A DNA stretch of 64,000 bases from Candidatus Sumerlaeia bacterium (GTDB lineage: Bacteria; Sumerlaeota; Sumerlaeia; SLMS01; JANRJK01). The translations under genes were made by a program, and so were the position numbers. The DNA is taken from assembly GCA_033764015.1 (NCBI GenBank), contig JANRJK010000023.1, positions 106,433 to 170,432 of the forward strand. Direction: 5' to 3'. Under the pieces are notes generated by a model that saw only the letters and a program-made list of their open reading frames with translations, ran no database searches and was not told the DNA's origin. Below are positions 9,160-22,744 of this stretch, one piece after another; within the stretch, counting starts at the first letter, position 1; each line of letters opens with the position of its first letter.

Positions 9160-10058
9160 TCCTCGAGCCCTTCGTCGTAGGAGCGCGGGCGGAACCCGAG
9201 GTCCCGCTCCGCGTCGGCGATCTCCACCGGCTGCGCCTTCACGACGCCTTCGATGTTGTCGCGCGTGATCGGCGGGTTCGCAAGGAGCGCCTCGCCGGTG
9301 GCGGCGATGATCCGGCACAGCCAGATCGGCAGCGGCAGCACCGGCGCCGGCCGCCCCTTCGCAGCCGCCGCGGTCCGCGCGAAGAACTCCCGCGCCGTCA
9401 TCGCCTCCGCGCAGCCCAGCATGTACGCCTTCCCCGCGGCCATCGGCGAATCCAGCGCCATCAGCACCGCCATCGCCAGGTCGTCCACGTGCACCGGCCG
9501 CATGTCCTCGCGCCCCGGGCCCACCACCGGCACCACCGGCAGCTTCCGCAGCAGGTTCACCAGCTTGAAGAAGATCCCCCGCCTCGCGGGACCGTAGATG
9601 ATCGACGGGCGCAGGATCGTCCACGCCAGGTCCGAGCGCCGCACCTCCTCGTCCGCCAGGAACTTGGTGCCGCCGTAGACCGAATGGTTCGCGCGGTGCG
9701 CCGACATGCTGCTGATCTGCACCCAGCGGCGCACCCCGGCCTCCATCGCCGCGTCGACGAAGTGCCGCGTGCCCTCCACGTTGATGCGCGACGACAGCGC
9801 CATGTCCGGCTTGCCGGTCGAGACCACCGCGGCGGCGTGCACCACGGCCTCGGGCTTCGCCTCCGCGAGCGCCTTCGCCACCGAGCGGCGGTCGTGGAAC
9901 TCGCCCCGCACCACCGGCACGCCGGGCGTCAGCAGCGAGGAGTCGGCGCCCTCGCGCGCCAGCGCCACCGGCGTCCAGTTGCGCGCCGCCAGCAGGGCGC
10001 GGCAGACCGCCGAGCCCACAAAGCCGTTCGCGCCGCTCACAAGGACCACCTTCTTCAT
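9135..10058 (-). CDS. NAD-dependent epimerase/dehydratase (extended SDR)
   Basis: VSGANGFVG, YGGTK, ILRPSIIYGP. Confidence 0.88.
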   Translation of the reverse strand: MKKVVLVSGANGFVGSAVCRALLAARNWTPVALAREGADSSLLTPGVPVVRGEFHDRRSVAKALAEAKPEAVVHAAAVVSTGKPDMALSSRINVEGTRHFVDAAMEAGVRRWVQISSMSAHRANHSVYGGTKFLADEEVRRSDLAWTILRPSIIYGPARRGIFFKLVNLLRKLPVVPVVGPGREDMRPVHVDDLAMAVLMALDSPMAAGKAYMLGCAEAMTAREFFARTAAAAKGRPAPVLPLPIWLCRIIAATGEALLANPPITRDNIEGVVKAQPVEIADAERDLGFRPRSYDEGLEECLPQLLG

Positions 10059-10110
10059 GGCGTCGACGTTTCGGCGCGCCCGGCACCGTGGCAAGCGCCT
10101 TGCGCGGCGG

Positions 10111-11772
10111 TCACCGGAGCGCCGGGCGGCGGGCGCCCGCGCGGAAGTCCGCCGGCTCCAGCTCGTGCTTCTTCAATTTGCTTTGCAGCGTCTGCCGCTT
10201 GAGCCCCAGCCGCGCCGCCGCGCCCTTCGGACCCCCCACCACGCCGCGGCACGCCGCCAGCGCCGCCCGGATCGCCTCCCGCTCCGCCTCCGCGAAGCTG
10301 TCCCGCAGCGACCGCCCGCCCTCCGCGAACTCCTGCGGCGTCGGCAGCGGCGTGCGGTCCGAGGCGGGGACCTCCGTGCGGGGCGCCACGCTCTCCGCCG
10401 CCTCCGCGCTGTCGCCGGGGCGCGTGTGCAGCGCGCGCTTCTTCACCGCGAGCAGGTGCGGGCGCAGGTCGATCACCTGCCCCCCCGTCAGGATCACCGC
10501 GCGCTCGATCACGTGCTCCAGCTCGCGCACGTTGCCGGGCCACGGATACTCGAGGATCGCCCGGAGCGACTCCTGGCTGAAGCCCATCTGCGGGCGCCCG
10601 TGCCGCGCGCGGTGCATCTGGAGGAAGTAGTGCGCGAGCAGCGGGATGTCCTCGCCGCGCTGCCGCAGCGCCGGCATCCGGATCGGAAACACGTTCAGCC
10701 GGTAGAACAGGTCCGCGCGGAACGCCTTGCGGTCCACCTCCTCCTGCAGGTCGCGGTTCGTCGCCGCCACCAGCCGCACGTCGATCGGGATCGTGCTGGT
10801 GCCGCCCACGCGCTCGATCTCGCGCGCCTCGAGGACGCGCAGCAGCTTCACCTGCGAGGCGAGCGGCAGCTCCCCGATCTCGTCCAGGAACAGCGTGCCG
10901 CGCTCCGCGAGCTCGAAGCGGCCGAGGCGGCGCTGGTGCGCGCCGGTGAACGCGCCGCGCTCGTGGCCGAACAGCTCGCTCTCGATCAGCGTCTCCGTCA
11001 GCGCGCCGCAGTTCACCTTGATGAACGGCGCGCGCGCCCGAGGGCTGCGCTCGTGGATCGCCCGCGCCACCAGTTCCTTGCCGGTCCCCGTCTCGCCCGA
11101 GATCAGCACCGTGCTCTGCGTCGGCGCCACGCTGCGGATCTGCGTCAGCAGCGCGCGCCATTCCGGGCTGCGCCCCACCATTCCGTCCACGGGGAACTGC
11201 TCGCCGATCTCCTCGCGGAGGTACTCGCCCTCCAGCTCCGCGCGGCGCCGCAGCGACTCGAGCTCCTCGAACGCCACCGCGTTCTCCAGCGCCACCGCCA
11301 GGATCGGTGCGATCCGCTCCAGCAGCCGCGCGTCCTCCTCCCCGAAGCGGTTCTCCTCGCGGTGCGCCACGAACAGGTAGCCGATCACCGCGTCGCCGCG
11401 CTCGAGCAGCGCCGCCATGCCCGAGCGCACCGGCTCGCACTCCCAGTGGCGCATGTCCACGCCGTCGGTCTCGCGCATGCTCGCCACATCGCGAACCAGC
11501 AGCACGCGCCGGTGCCGCAGCAGGAAGTCCGCGGGCGACCCATCCTTCACATCCGCCCGGTAGCCAACGGTCTTGCCGAAGTTCTCGAGGCCCGTCGATA
11601 CCACGACGGTTTCGAACTGCCGCGTCTCCGGCAGGTAGCGCGCCATGCCCATCGCGTCCACGTCCCAAAGGCGTCGGAACGCCACCGAGGTGGCATCGAA
11701 GAACGCCTTCAGGTCGCGATGGTGGAGCAGTGCTTGGACGAGGTCGTAAAGGAGCGTGTCGAATTGCGGCAT
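10111..11772 (-). CDS. Sigma-54-dependent activator (GAF, AAA+, Fis HTH; FhlA-like)
   Basis: GETGTGKEL, GAFTGA, LFLDEIGEL, WPGNVRELE, C-terminal HTH. Confidence 0.92.
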   Translation of the reverse strand: MPQFDTLLYDLVQALLHHRDLKAFFDATSVAFRRLWDVDAMGMARYLPETRQFETVVVSTGLENFGKTVGYRADVKDGSPADFLLRHRRVLLVRDVASMRETDGVDMRHWECEPVRSGMAALLERGDAVIGYLFVAHREENRFGEEDARLLERIAPILAVALENAVAFEELESLRRRAELEGEYLREEIGEQFPVDGMVGRSPEWRALLTQIRSVAPTQSTVLISGETGTGKELVARAIHERSPRARAPFIKVNCGALTETLIESELFGHERGAFTGAHQRRLGRFELAERGTLFLDEIGELPLASQVKLLRVLEAREIERVGGTSTIPIDVRLVAATNRDLQEEVDRKAFRADLFYRLNVFPIRMPALRQRGEDIPLLAHYFLQMHRARHGRPQMGFSQESLRAILEYPWPGNVRELEHVIERAVILTGGQVIDLRPHLLAVKKRALHTRPGDSAEAAESVAPRTEVPASDRTPLPTPQEFAEGGRSLRDSFAEAEREAIRAALAACRGVVGGPKGAAARLGLKRQTLQSKLKKHELEPADFRAGARRPALR

Positions 11773-11825
11773 GTGCTGTGGTGGTCCCCCAAGGGGCCGA
11801 ACATTCGGCTCGCCCGGTCCCGGGC

Positions 11826-12773
11826 TCAAGCCCGATCCACGGCGCAATCCAGCACGAAGACCCCCCAATCGTCCTGCGACGATTCGTCCCGCAGCGCCCA
11901 GTCCGCCTGGCGGCAGAGGTCGAGCACGTAGTCGCGCTCCGCCATCAGGAAGCCGGAGAGCACCATGGGTAGATGGAGCTTCGCCAGCGGCGCCAGGTAG
12001 GGCGTGAACTCCTCCATCAGCATGTTGCAGGCGATGAGGTTGGGCGGGGCGCTACCGGCGAGGAGCGCCGCCTCGAACGCGGACCGGAACGACTTGCCGA
12101 GCACGAAGTGCGCGCGCCCGCCCACGCCGTTCAGTTGGCAGTTCTCCGCGAAGTTCCCCGCGCACACGTCGTCGTGCTCCAGCCCGAAGGCGGCCTCCGC
12201 GCCGAAGCGCACCGTCGCGATCGACAGGATTCCCGAACCCGCGCCCACATCCAGCAGCACCGTCTCGGGCTTGGCGAGGCGTTCGAGCATCCGCAGGCAG
12301 AGCTGCGTGGTGGCGTGCGTGCCGGTGCCGAAGGCTTGGCCCGGCTCGATTTTCAGCACCAGCGCCCCCTTCGGCGCGTCGGCGGGCAGCTCCGCGTCCC
12401 ACGGCGGGCCGACAAACAGGCGCTCAGTCACCCGCGTGAGCCGGAAGTACTGCCGCCAGTTGGCCCCCCAGTCCTGGTTCTCGATCCACTCGAAGGCGAT
12501 CTCCCAGCGGTCGGGGCCCGGCTCGCCGAGCTGCTCCGAGACCACCGCGCGCAGGCGCGCGGTCCACTCCTCGCACCGGTCGCCCTCCTCCGCCGCGCCG
12601 AAGACGCGCACCCAGTCGGGAGGCTCGGAGCGCCCCGGCGTGGTGGGGTACTCCTCGAGGCCGAGGACGCCCTCCGCTTGGAGCAGCATCGTCGAAAGCA
12701 GCTCCCACGCGTCCGCGGAGGGGCGGCGGTGGAAGGCGATGGAGGCGGCGGGCCACTGGGCGGGGGCGGGCAC
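11826..12773 (-). CDS. prmA: Ribosomal protein L11 methyltransferase
   Basis: DWGANWRQYF, IEPGQAFGTGTHATT, LDVGAGSGILS. Confidence 0.9.
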   Translation of the reverse strand: MPAPAQWPAASIAFHRRPSADAWELLSTMLLQAEGVLGLEEYPTTPGRSEPPDWVRVFGAAEEGDRCEEWTARLRAVVSEQLGEPGPDRWEIAFEWIENQDWGANWRQYFRLTRVTERLFVGPPWDAELPADAPKGALVLKIEPGQAFGTGTHATTQLCLRMLERLAKPETVLLDVGAGSGILSIATVRFGAEAAFGLEHDDVCAGNFAENCQLNGVGGRAHFVLGKSFRSAFEAALLAGSAPPNLIACNMLMEEFTPYLAPLAKLHLPMVLSGFLMAERDYVLDLCRQADWALRDESSQDDWGVFVLDCAVDRA

Positions 12774-12780
12774 CGGCGGG

Positions 12781-14202
12781 CTACTCCGTCAGCCAGTCGA
12801 AGTGCACCGCCGCCCCGGGGCGGTCGGTGCGCTCGAACGTGTGCGCGCCGAAGTAGTCGCGCTGCGCCTGGATCAGGTACGCCGGGCCCCGCGCGCGGCG
12901 GTAGCCGTCGAAGTACGCCAGCGACGCCGACAGCGCGGGCACCGCGAGGCCGTGCTCCGACGCCAGCGCCACCATGCGGCGCAGCGACGTCTCCGCCCCC
13001 TGCATCGCGGCGGAGAAGTACGGCGACACCAGCAGGTTCACCGGCGCCGGCTCCGACTCGTACACCTTCATGATCTCGTCGAGGAGCGCCGCCCGGATGA
13101 TGCAGCCGCCCTTCCAGATGCGCGCGATCTCGCGGAGGTTCAGCCCGTAGCCGAACTCCTTCGACGCCTGCGTCAGCATCGCCATGCCCTGCGCGTAGGA
13201 CATCACCTTGGCGGCGTAGAGCGCCGAGGCCACCTGCGGCGCCAGCACGTTCGCCGGCAGGATGCCCGCCTTCGCCTTCGGGCCCGGCAGCGCCTCCGCC
13301 GCCGCGACGCGCTCGTCCTTGAGCCCGGAAATCAGCCGCGCGTCCACCGCCGCGGTGATCGTCGGCACCGGCACGCCGAGGTCGAGCGCCGCCACCGTCG
13401 TCCACTTGCCGGTGCCCTTCTGGCCCGCCTTGTCCAGGATGTAGTCCAGCAGCACGCCCCCCGTCTCCGGGTCCTTGCGCGCGACGATCTTCGACGTGAT
13501 CTCGATCAGGAAGCTCTGCAGCCGCGGGTCCGTGTTCCACTCGGTGAACGTGCGCTCCAGCGCCGGCGCGTCGAGGCCGCCGATGGTGCGGAGCAGGTCG
13601 TACGCCTCCGCGATGAGCTGCATGTCGCCGTACTCGATCCCGTTGTGGACCATCTTGACGAAGTGGCCCGCGGAGCCGCGCCCCACATACGTCACGCAGG
13701 GGCCGGAATCGGTCTTGGCGGAGATCGCCTGCACGATGTCGGAGATGGACTCGTAGCCCTCCCGCGTGCCGCCGGGCATCAGCGAGGGGCCGAAGCGCGC
13801 GCCCTCCTCGCCGCCGCTCACGCCCATGCCGAGGAAGCGCAGGCCCACCGCCTCCAACTCGCGCGTGCGGCGCTCCGTGTCGCTATACAGCGAGTTGCCG
13901 CCGTCGATGATCAGGTCGCCGTCCTCGAGCAGCGGGCGGAGCTGCGCGATCACGCCGTCCACCGCAGCGCCCGCCTTCACCATCACCAGGATGCGCCGCG
14001 GGCGCTCCAGCGACGCGGTGAACTCCTCCAGCGTCTTCGCGCCGGTGATGTTCCGCCCGGGGTTCTTGGCGAGGAACTCGTCCGTCACCGAGCCGGTGCG
14101 GTTGTACACCGAGATGGGGAATCCGCGGTCGCTGATGTTGAGGGCGATGTTCGCGCCCATGACCGCGAGTCCGACGACGCCGAAGCGCTGGGTGCCCGCC
14201 AT
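12781..14202 (-). CDS. gnd: 6-phosphogluconate dehydrogenase, NADP-dependent, decarboxylating
   Basis: GVVGLAVMG, IIDGGNS, GHFVKMVHNGIEYGDMQ, QAQRDYFGAHT. Confidence 0.96.
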   Translation of the reverse strand: MAGTQRFGVVGLAVMGANIALNISDRGFPISVYNRTGSVTDEFLAKNPGRNITGAKTLEEFTASLERPRRILVMVKAGAAVDGVIAQLRPLLEDGDLIIDGGNSLYSDTERRTRELEAVGLRFLGMGVSGGEEGARFGPSLMPGGTREGYESISDIVQAISAKTDSGPCVTYVGRGSAGHFVKMVHNGIEYGDMQLIAEAYDLLRTIGGLDAPALERTFTEWNTDPRLQSFLIEITSKIVARKDPETGGVLLDYILDKAGQKGTGKWTTVAALDLGVPVPTITAAVDARLISGLKDERVAAAEALPGPKAKAGILPANVLAPQVASALYAAKVMSYAQGMAMLTQASKEFGYGLNLREIARIWKGGCIIRAALLDEIMKVYESEPAPVNLLVSPYFSAAMQGAETSLRRMVALASEHGLAVPALSASLAYFDGYRRARGPAYLIQAQRDYFGAHTFERTDRPGAAVHFDWLTE

Positions 14203-14336
14203 GGCCGGGTGTCCTGTCGAAAGGGAGTGCGCGCCCGCGAGCAGCGGGCACGGACGCATGGTCCCCCGCCGCCGCCGCGCGGAGCAAGCGCCACCCCGCC
14301 TTGCCCCGGCCGCCTTCCACGGCCCCACGCTCGCCC

Positions 14337-15272
14337 ATGGTCGTCGGACGCTACGCCCCATCGCCCACCGGCGCGCTGCACCTCGGAAACCTCCGCACCG
14401 CCGTGGCGGCCTGGGCCTCCGCGCGCGCCCGGGGGGGGCGCTGCCTGCTCCGCATCGAGGACATCGACCGCGCGCGCTCGCGCCCCGAGCACGAAGTCGC
14501 CCAGCTCCGCGACCTCGCCGCCCTCGGCCTCGCGTTCGACGGCGTCCCCGAGCGCCAAAGCGCGCGCCTCGCCCACTACCACGAAGCGCTCGCCGAGCTT
14601 CGCGCGCGCGGCTTCGTGTACCCCTGCTTCTGCTCGCGCCGGGAACTGCGCGACGTCCAGTCCGCCCCCCACAGCGACGGAGCCGAGCCGCCCTACCCGG
14701 GACGCTGCCGTGCGCTCGATCCGGCGGAGGCCGCCGCGATGGCCGCCACGCGCCAGCACTGCCTGCGCCTGCGCGTCGCCGATGCACCCAAGCGCTTCCG
14801 CGACGCGTTCCTCGGCGAGCGGGAGATCGACCTCGAACTGGACGGCGGCGACTTCGTGGTCCGCCGCGCGGACGGCGAGTACGGCTACCAGCTCGCCTGC
14901 GCGGTCGACGACGCGCTGCAGGGGGTGACGGAGGTGGTGCGCGGCGAGGACCTGCTGGTCTCCGGCGCGCGCCAGTCGTGGCTGCTGGCGTGCCTAGGCC
15001 GCGCGGCGCCGCAGTACCGCCACATCCCGCTGGTCCGCGACGCGGCGGGGCGCCGCCTCTCGAAGCGCGAAGGCGACGACGACCTCTCGGCCTTCATCGC
15101 CTGCGGGTTCGATTCGGGGGCGGTGTTGTCGTATCTGGCTTGGACGCTGGGGCAGTGCGACCGCGGCGAGCACATCGCGCCCGCCGCGCTCGCCGCGCGC
15201 TGGACTTGGGACGGGGTGCCGCAGGAGCCCGCGGTGTTCGACGCCGCGGACCTGGAGCCGTACCGCCGTTAG
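14337..15272 (+). CDS. gluQ: Glutamyl-Q tRNA(Asp) synthetase
   Basis: RYAPSPTGALHLGN, YPCFCSR, VVRGEDLL, RLSKR; no anticodon-binding domain. Confidence 0.9.
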   Translation: MVVGRYAPSPTGALHLGNLRTAVAAWASARARGGRCLLRIEDIDRARSRPEHEVAQLRDLAALGLAFDGVPERQSARLAHYHEALAELRARGFVYPCFCSRRELRDVQSAPHSDGAEPPYPGRCRALDPAEAAAMAATRQHCLRLRVADAPKRFRDAFLGEREIDLELDGGDFVVRRADGEYGYQLACAVDDALQGVTEVVRGEDLLVSGARQSWLLACLGRAAPQYRHIPLVRDAAGRRLSKREGDDDLSAFIACGFDSGAVLSYLAWTLGQCDRGEHIAPAALAARWTWDGVPQEPAVFDAADLEPYRR

Positions 15273-15276
15273 CGCG

Positions 15277-15600
15277 TCACAGCGCGCGCGGCGGCCAGTT
15301 CTCGATCTGCACCTTCACGTCGCCCTGTACGCGCGCCTGGCAGCCCAGCCGCGAGTGCAGCGTCTGCGTCGGGCACAGCTTGTCGAGCGTCTCCAACTCG
15401 TCGTCGTCCTGCTCCGACAGGTTGTCGTCGGTGCCGTCGAGGACGATGCAGTGGCAGGTGGAGCAGGCGCAGACGCCGCCGCAGGCGTGCTCCATGCCCA
15501 CGGTGTCCTCGAGGTCCTCGGCGACTTCCAGCAGGGACAGGCCCTCTTCCGCTTCGACGGTGACGTTGGCGGGGAGGAAGGTGACTTTGTGCTTGGGCAT
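15277..15600 (-). CDS. fdx: 2Fe-2S ferredoxin, ISC type
   Basis: HACGGVCACSTCHC...SRLGCQ; directly downstream of hscA. Confidence 0.9.
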   Translation of the reverse strand: MPKHKVTFLPANVTVEAEEGLSLLEVAEDLEDTVGMEHACGGVCACSTCHCIVLDGTDDNLSEQDDDELETLDKLCPTQTLHSRLGCQARVQGDVKVQIENWPPRAL

Positions 15601-15656
15601 GGTGGTCGAAAATGACTCCGGGAGGTTGGGGCGAAGCGGGTGCCGCGGGGGTTTGT

Positions 15657-17594
<1,938 letters not shown>

Positions 17595-17696
17595 CACACA
17601 TCCCCGCATGGATTCACGGACGGTCCCCCGCCCGCGCGGCATTCCGCCGGGAAGCCGCGCTTGGCGCAACCCGGGAATGCCCCGCGGCCCGCCCGG

Positions 17697-18599
17697 CTAC
17701 GCACCGAACAGCTCCCCCTGGTGCTCCGCCGCGCCGCGATGGTCCGGGAAGAGCGCCGGATAGCGCTGCGCCAGCGCGTCCGGCGGGGGGGGCGCGTCCA
17801 TGCCGAGGGCCCGCGCCAACGCGAGCGCGTTCGCCAGGCCCTGCCCGCGGACGTGGTTGTTGAAGATGGCTTGGATCAGCTTGCCGCGGGGCAGGAGCGC
17901 CTTGATGCGCTCGGCCCAGTCGTGGATCTCTGCGGGAGTGTAGAGGTAGTCGTAGCGCGCGTCGCCCGCGCCGTCGCGCCACCAGTTCGCCGCGTTGCGC
18001 CCGTGGAAGCGGATGTACGCCACGGGGCCCGTCGCGACCAGCTCCGGCGGGATGTTGTGCGGCAGCGCCGGCTGGTCGATGCTGGCGAGCGTGGCGCCCC
18101 GCCGCTCGAGCTCCTCGAACACGCGCGGCTGCCACCAGCCCGCGTGGCGGAACTCGACGATGCGCGGGTGGGCGGCGAACTCGTCCAGCAGCCGCGCCAC
18201 GTGCGCCCAGTGCGCCCCCGTCGCATGGAGCCGGAACGGGAACTGCAGGAGCAGGCCGTCGAAGCGGCCCGACTCCGCCAGCGCGTCGAGGAAGGCGTGC
18301 ATCGCGCGGAGCTGCGCCGGGTCCGGGTCGCCGCCGATCGCGTCGTGCGAGAGGCCGCGGTAGAGCTTCGCGGTGAAGCGCAGCCGCGGCAGGTCCGCGG
18401 TGGCGGCGGTCCAGGCGCGGGCGTGCTCCGGCGCGGGGATGCGGTAGAAGCTGGCGTTCACCTCCGCCACGGAGATCCACCGCGCGAGGTGGCGGAGCGG
18501 ATGGAAGCCGGCGGGCTTGCGCGCGGGGTAGACGATGCCTTCCCAGTCGGCGTAGGACCAGCCGGCGGAGCCGAGCCGGACCTGCGCCGCCGCGGTCAC
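17697..18599 (-). CDS. DUF72 family protein
   Basis: LGSAGWSYADWEGIVYP, EVNASFYRIP, YIRFHGRN, RYDYLY, IFNNH; GTG start overlaps upstream stop. Confidence 0.88.
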   Translation of the reverse strand: MTAAAQVRLGSAGWSYADWEGIVYPARKPAGFHPLRHLARWISVAEVNASFYRIPAPEHARAWTAATADLPRLRFTAKLYRGLSHDAIGGDPDPAQLRAMHAFLDALAESGRFDGLLLQFPFRLHATGAHWAHVARLLDEFAAHPRIVEFRHAGWWQPRVFEELERRGATLASIDQPALPHNIPPELVATGPVAYIRFHGRNAANWWRDGAGDARYDYLYTPAEIHDWAERIKALLPRGKLIQAIFNNHVRGQGLANALALARALGMDAPPPPDALAQRYPALFPDHRGAAEHQGELFGA

Positions 18600-19732
18600 G
18601 GGCGGATCGCCTGGCGCGCCTCGAGGAAACGGTCGAGGTCGCGGTCGCGGACCATGCCGACGAGCGTTCTCCCGGAGAAGACCGGCAGGCCCCACGCGCG
18701 GCTCCCCTTCACCGCGAGGAACGTGGTCAGGCCGTCCGTCGCAGGCGCCAGCGACAGCGCGCGGTCGTACGGCACCGCCAGCTCGACCGCGCGCAGCCAA
18801 TCGACCCGGTGTGGGTCGAGCGCCTCGATGTCCTCGCGGAGCAGCCGCCCGACAAGGCGGTCCTCGTCGACCACCGGCAACTCGTACACCGCGCCCAAGG
18901 GGCGGAAGTACAACTCGAGCGCCTCGCGCGCGGTGGTCTCCGGCGGCACCACGACGCGGACCGGCCGCATCAGGTCCGCCGCGCGCACGCGGTCGAAGGC
19001 GGCGTACAGCGCCGCGTTCGCGCCGCTCGACTTCGCCAACCGCATCAGGAACCAGCCGATGAAGATCGTGAACAGGCTCGACGTGTTGCCCATGGCGACG
19101 CCGATGGCGCCGAGCAGCATCAGGCCCACGGCGACCGCGATGCCGCCGCGCGCCGCGATCCGCGTCGCACGCAGGTAGTCCCCGGTGGCGCTCCACACCG
19201 CCGCGCGGAGCATCCGCCCGCCGTCCATCGGAAAGCCCGGCAGCAGATTGAACAGGAAAAGCGCGAGGTTCAGGAACGCCGCACTGACGAGCAGCTCGGC
19301 GAAGAGCGGCGAGCGCTCCGCGAGCAGCAGCGCCAGCCCCGGCGCGCCGAAGGCCGCCGCGAGCGCCACGGAAATCGCAGGGCCCGCCGCCGCGATCATG
19401 AACTCCTGGCCCGGCGTGCGCGGTTCGCGCCCGATCTGCGCCACCCCGCCGAACAGGAACAGCGAGATGCGCTCCGTCGCGATCCCGTAGCGCCGCGCCA
19501 TCAGCGCATGGCCGAACTCGTGCGCCAGCAGGCTGAGGAAGAACACCAGCGTGAGCCCCGCCCCCGCGATCCACACGACCGGCGAGCCCGCCGCGAGACC
19601 CTCCACCCGCTCCGGCAGCGAACGCGCCTGCATCCACGCCACGAAGGCGAACAGGAAGAACCAGCTCCATTGGAGCTGCACCGGGATCCCGAAGAGCTTG
19701 CCGACACGGAGGCCGGACTCATTGCCGAACAT
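18596..19732 (-). CDS. Site-2 protease (M50) with C-terminal CBS pair
   Basis: HEFGH and FNLLPGFPMDGGR motifs, TM helices, CBS-like tail. Confidence 0.9.
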   Translation of the reverse strand: MFGNESGLRVGKLFGIPVQLQWSWFFLFAFVAWMQARSLPERVEGLAAGSPVVWIAGAGLTLVFFLSLLAHEFGHALMARRYGIATERISLFLFGGVAQIGREPRTPGQEFMIAAAGPAISVALAAAFGAPGLALLLAERSPLFAELLVSAAFLNLALFLFNLLPGFPMDGGRMLRAAVWSATGDYLRATRIAARGGIAVAVGLMLLGAIGVAMGNTSSLFTIFIGWFLMRLAKSSGANAALYAAFDRVRAADLMRPVRVVVPPETTAREALELYFRPLGAVYELPVVDEDRLVGRLLREDIEALDPHRVDWLRAVELAVPYDRALSLAPATDGLTTFLAVKGSRAWGLPVFSGRTLVGMVRDRDLDRFLEARQAIRP

Positions 19733-19829
19733 GTCACTCCGCCGAGTGGGCTATAGCCGCCGGGGCGCGGTTGCACCCTCTGCGGCTGGTCCGCACCGTG
19801 CAAGAGGCTTGCCGAAAGGAAACACGGAA

Positions 19830-20363
19830 ATGCCCATCATCACCTTCCGCGACATCGCCCCCGCAATCCACCCGAGCGCCTTCGTCGCGCCCAACGCCAC
19901 CATCATCGGCATGGTCGAACTCGCCGAGGATGTGTCGATCTGGTACACCGCCGTCCTCCGCGGCGACGTCGAGCCGATCCGCGTCGGCGCCCGCTCGAAC
20001 GTCCAGGACGGCTCGGTCCTCCACACGGACCGGGGCTTCCCGTGCGTGCTGGGCGAGGAGGTCACCGTGGGCCACATGGCGTGCGTGCATGGCTGCGTGG
20101 TCGGCAAGGGGTCGCTGATCGGCATCCATGCGACCGTGCTGACCGGCGCCGAGCTCGGCGAGGGCTGCGTGGTCGGCGCCGGCGCCGTCGTGCCGGAGCA
20201 CAAGAAGTTCCCCCCGCGGTCGCTCATCCTCGGCGTGCCCGGCAAGGTGGTCCGCGAGGTCACGCCGGAGGAGGCGGAGCGCTTCGCCCGCGGCATGCGG
20301 CACTACGTCGAGAACGGCCGGGCGCACCGGGCGCTGTCGGACGAGTGGCGCCGGGCGGAGTGA
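19830..20363 (+). CDS. Gamma carbonic anhydrase family protein (YrdA/PaaY-like)
   Basis: Hexapeptide repeats; LRGD, NVQDGSVLH, VTVGH..VHGC. Confidence 0.9.
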   Translation: MPIITFRDIAPAIHPSAFVAPNATIIGMVELAEDVSIWYTAVLRGDVEPIRVGARSNVQDGSVLHTDRGFPCVLGEEVTVGHMACVHGCVVGKGSLIGIHATVLTGAELGEGCVVGAGAVVPEHKKFPPRSLILGVPGKVVREVTPEEAERFARGMRHYVENGRAHRALSDEWRRAE

Positions 20364-20391
20364 ACCCGCCGCCCGGCGCGCGCCCCAGCCG

Positions 20392-21468
<1,077 letters not shown>

Positions 21469-21542
21469 GGGTGTCGTTTCCTCACTGTTTCGCCTTTGTT
21501 ACGCTGTCCGCCGGAGCGGACGCAAGGGAAACCGGCGGCCCG

Positions 21543-22733
21543 TCAGCGCAGCCGCGTCTCGTGCGGATGCGCCCAGTCGTACAGCGTCACCTGCTCCTGC
21601 TCGAGGACGCGCGCCGTGTCCGGGTGCAGCTCGCCCGCGACGCGCCGGCTGGGGAAGATGCCCTCCGGCCGGAACCGCACCATCAGGATCAGCAGCAGGC
21701 CGTACACCATGTAGCGCAGCTCCGGGTTGGCGCGGATGCCGTAGTCGCGCGCGTTGAACGCCTCGATCGCCTCGCGGAGCAGTTCCACCAGGACCATCAG
21801 GATCGTCGCGCCGGCGATGCTTCCGGTCATGCTGCCCATGCCGCCGAACACGACATAGACGAGGATGTACACGCTGAAGATGAACAGGAACTGTGTGACG
21901 TAGACGCCGCCGTAGAGCATCGGGAGCATCGCGCCGGCGAGGCCGCCCAGCACCCCGCTCCAGAAGAACGCGAGCGACTTGTACATGCCCAGATCCACGC
22001 CGCACGCCTGCGCGGCCACCTCGTCCTCGCGGATCGAGCGCCACGCCAGCCCCACGCGCGAATGCGTGATCCGCCACGTCAGGAAGAAACCCGCCGCGCA
22101 CAGCAGCACCGACAGCGCCCAGAGCGGGCCCATCTGGCCGACGCCCACGGAGAAGCTGAGCAGCGGGTCCTCCGCCGGGCCGAGCGTGGCGAACGGCACG
22201 TCCTTCAGACCCTGCGTGCCGCCCGTCACCGAGTTCCAGTTCCGCGCCGTCAGCACCACCAGCTCGGCGAAGCCGAACGTCACGATCGCGAAGTAGTCGC
22301 CCGTGAGCCGCAGGATCGGCAGCCCCAGCAGCACCGCCCAGATCCCCGCGTGGAGCGCCGCCGCGGGGATCGCCGCCCAGAAGGGCCATGGCTCGCGCCA
22401 CCAGGCGCCGTCCCCAGGCAGGCCGTCGCGCAACAGGATCCCGCAGGTGTACGCCCCGATCGCCAGGAACGCGGTGAATCCGAGGTTGAGCTGCCCCGTG
22501 TAGCCCGTCACCACGTTCAGCCCCAGCGCCGCCAGCGCGAAGATCGCGACCTGAGCCAGCAGCGTCATCACCTGGTTCGAGAAGAGGCCGCCGCCCTCGC
22601 CGGCCGCATGGAGCGCCCAAGGCACCGCCGCGGCCAGCACCGCCGCCAAGCCCAGCAGCGCGCCCTGCGCGGCGCCGGGCAGGCGCTGGAAGCGGTCGCG
22701 GAGCCCATCGGGCGGAGGGAGGACGGGGGGCAT
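21543..22733 (-). CDS. livM: Branched-chain amino acid ABC permease, LivM-like
   Basis: GLNVVTGYTGQLNLG, LRLTGDYFAIVTFGF, SIREDEVAA. Confidence 0.88.
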   Translation of the reverse strand: MPPVLPPPDGLRDRFQRLPGAAQGALLGLAAVLAAAVPWALHAAGEGGGLFSNQVMTLLAQVAIFALAALGLNVVTGYTGQLNLGFTAFLAIGAYTCGILLRDGLPGDGAWWREPWPFWAAIPAAALHAGIWAVLLGLPILRLTGDYFAIVTFGFAELVVLTARNWNSVTGGTQGLKDVPFATLGPAEDPLLSFSVGVGQMGPLWALSVLLCAAGFFLTWRITHSRVGLAWRSIREDEVAAQACGVDLGMYKSLAFFWSGVLGGLAGAMLPMLYGGVYVTQFLFIFSVYILVYVVFGGMGSMTGSIAGATILMVLVELLREAIEAFNARDYGIRANPELRYMVYGLLLILMVRFRPEGIFPSRRVAGELHPDTARVLEQEQVTLYDWAHPHETRLR

Positions 22734-22744
22734 CGGGCGCGGGT

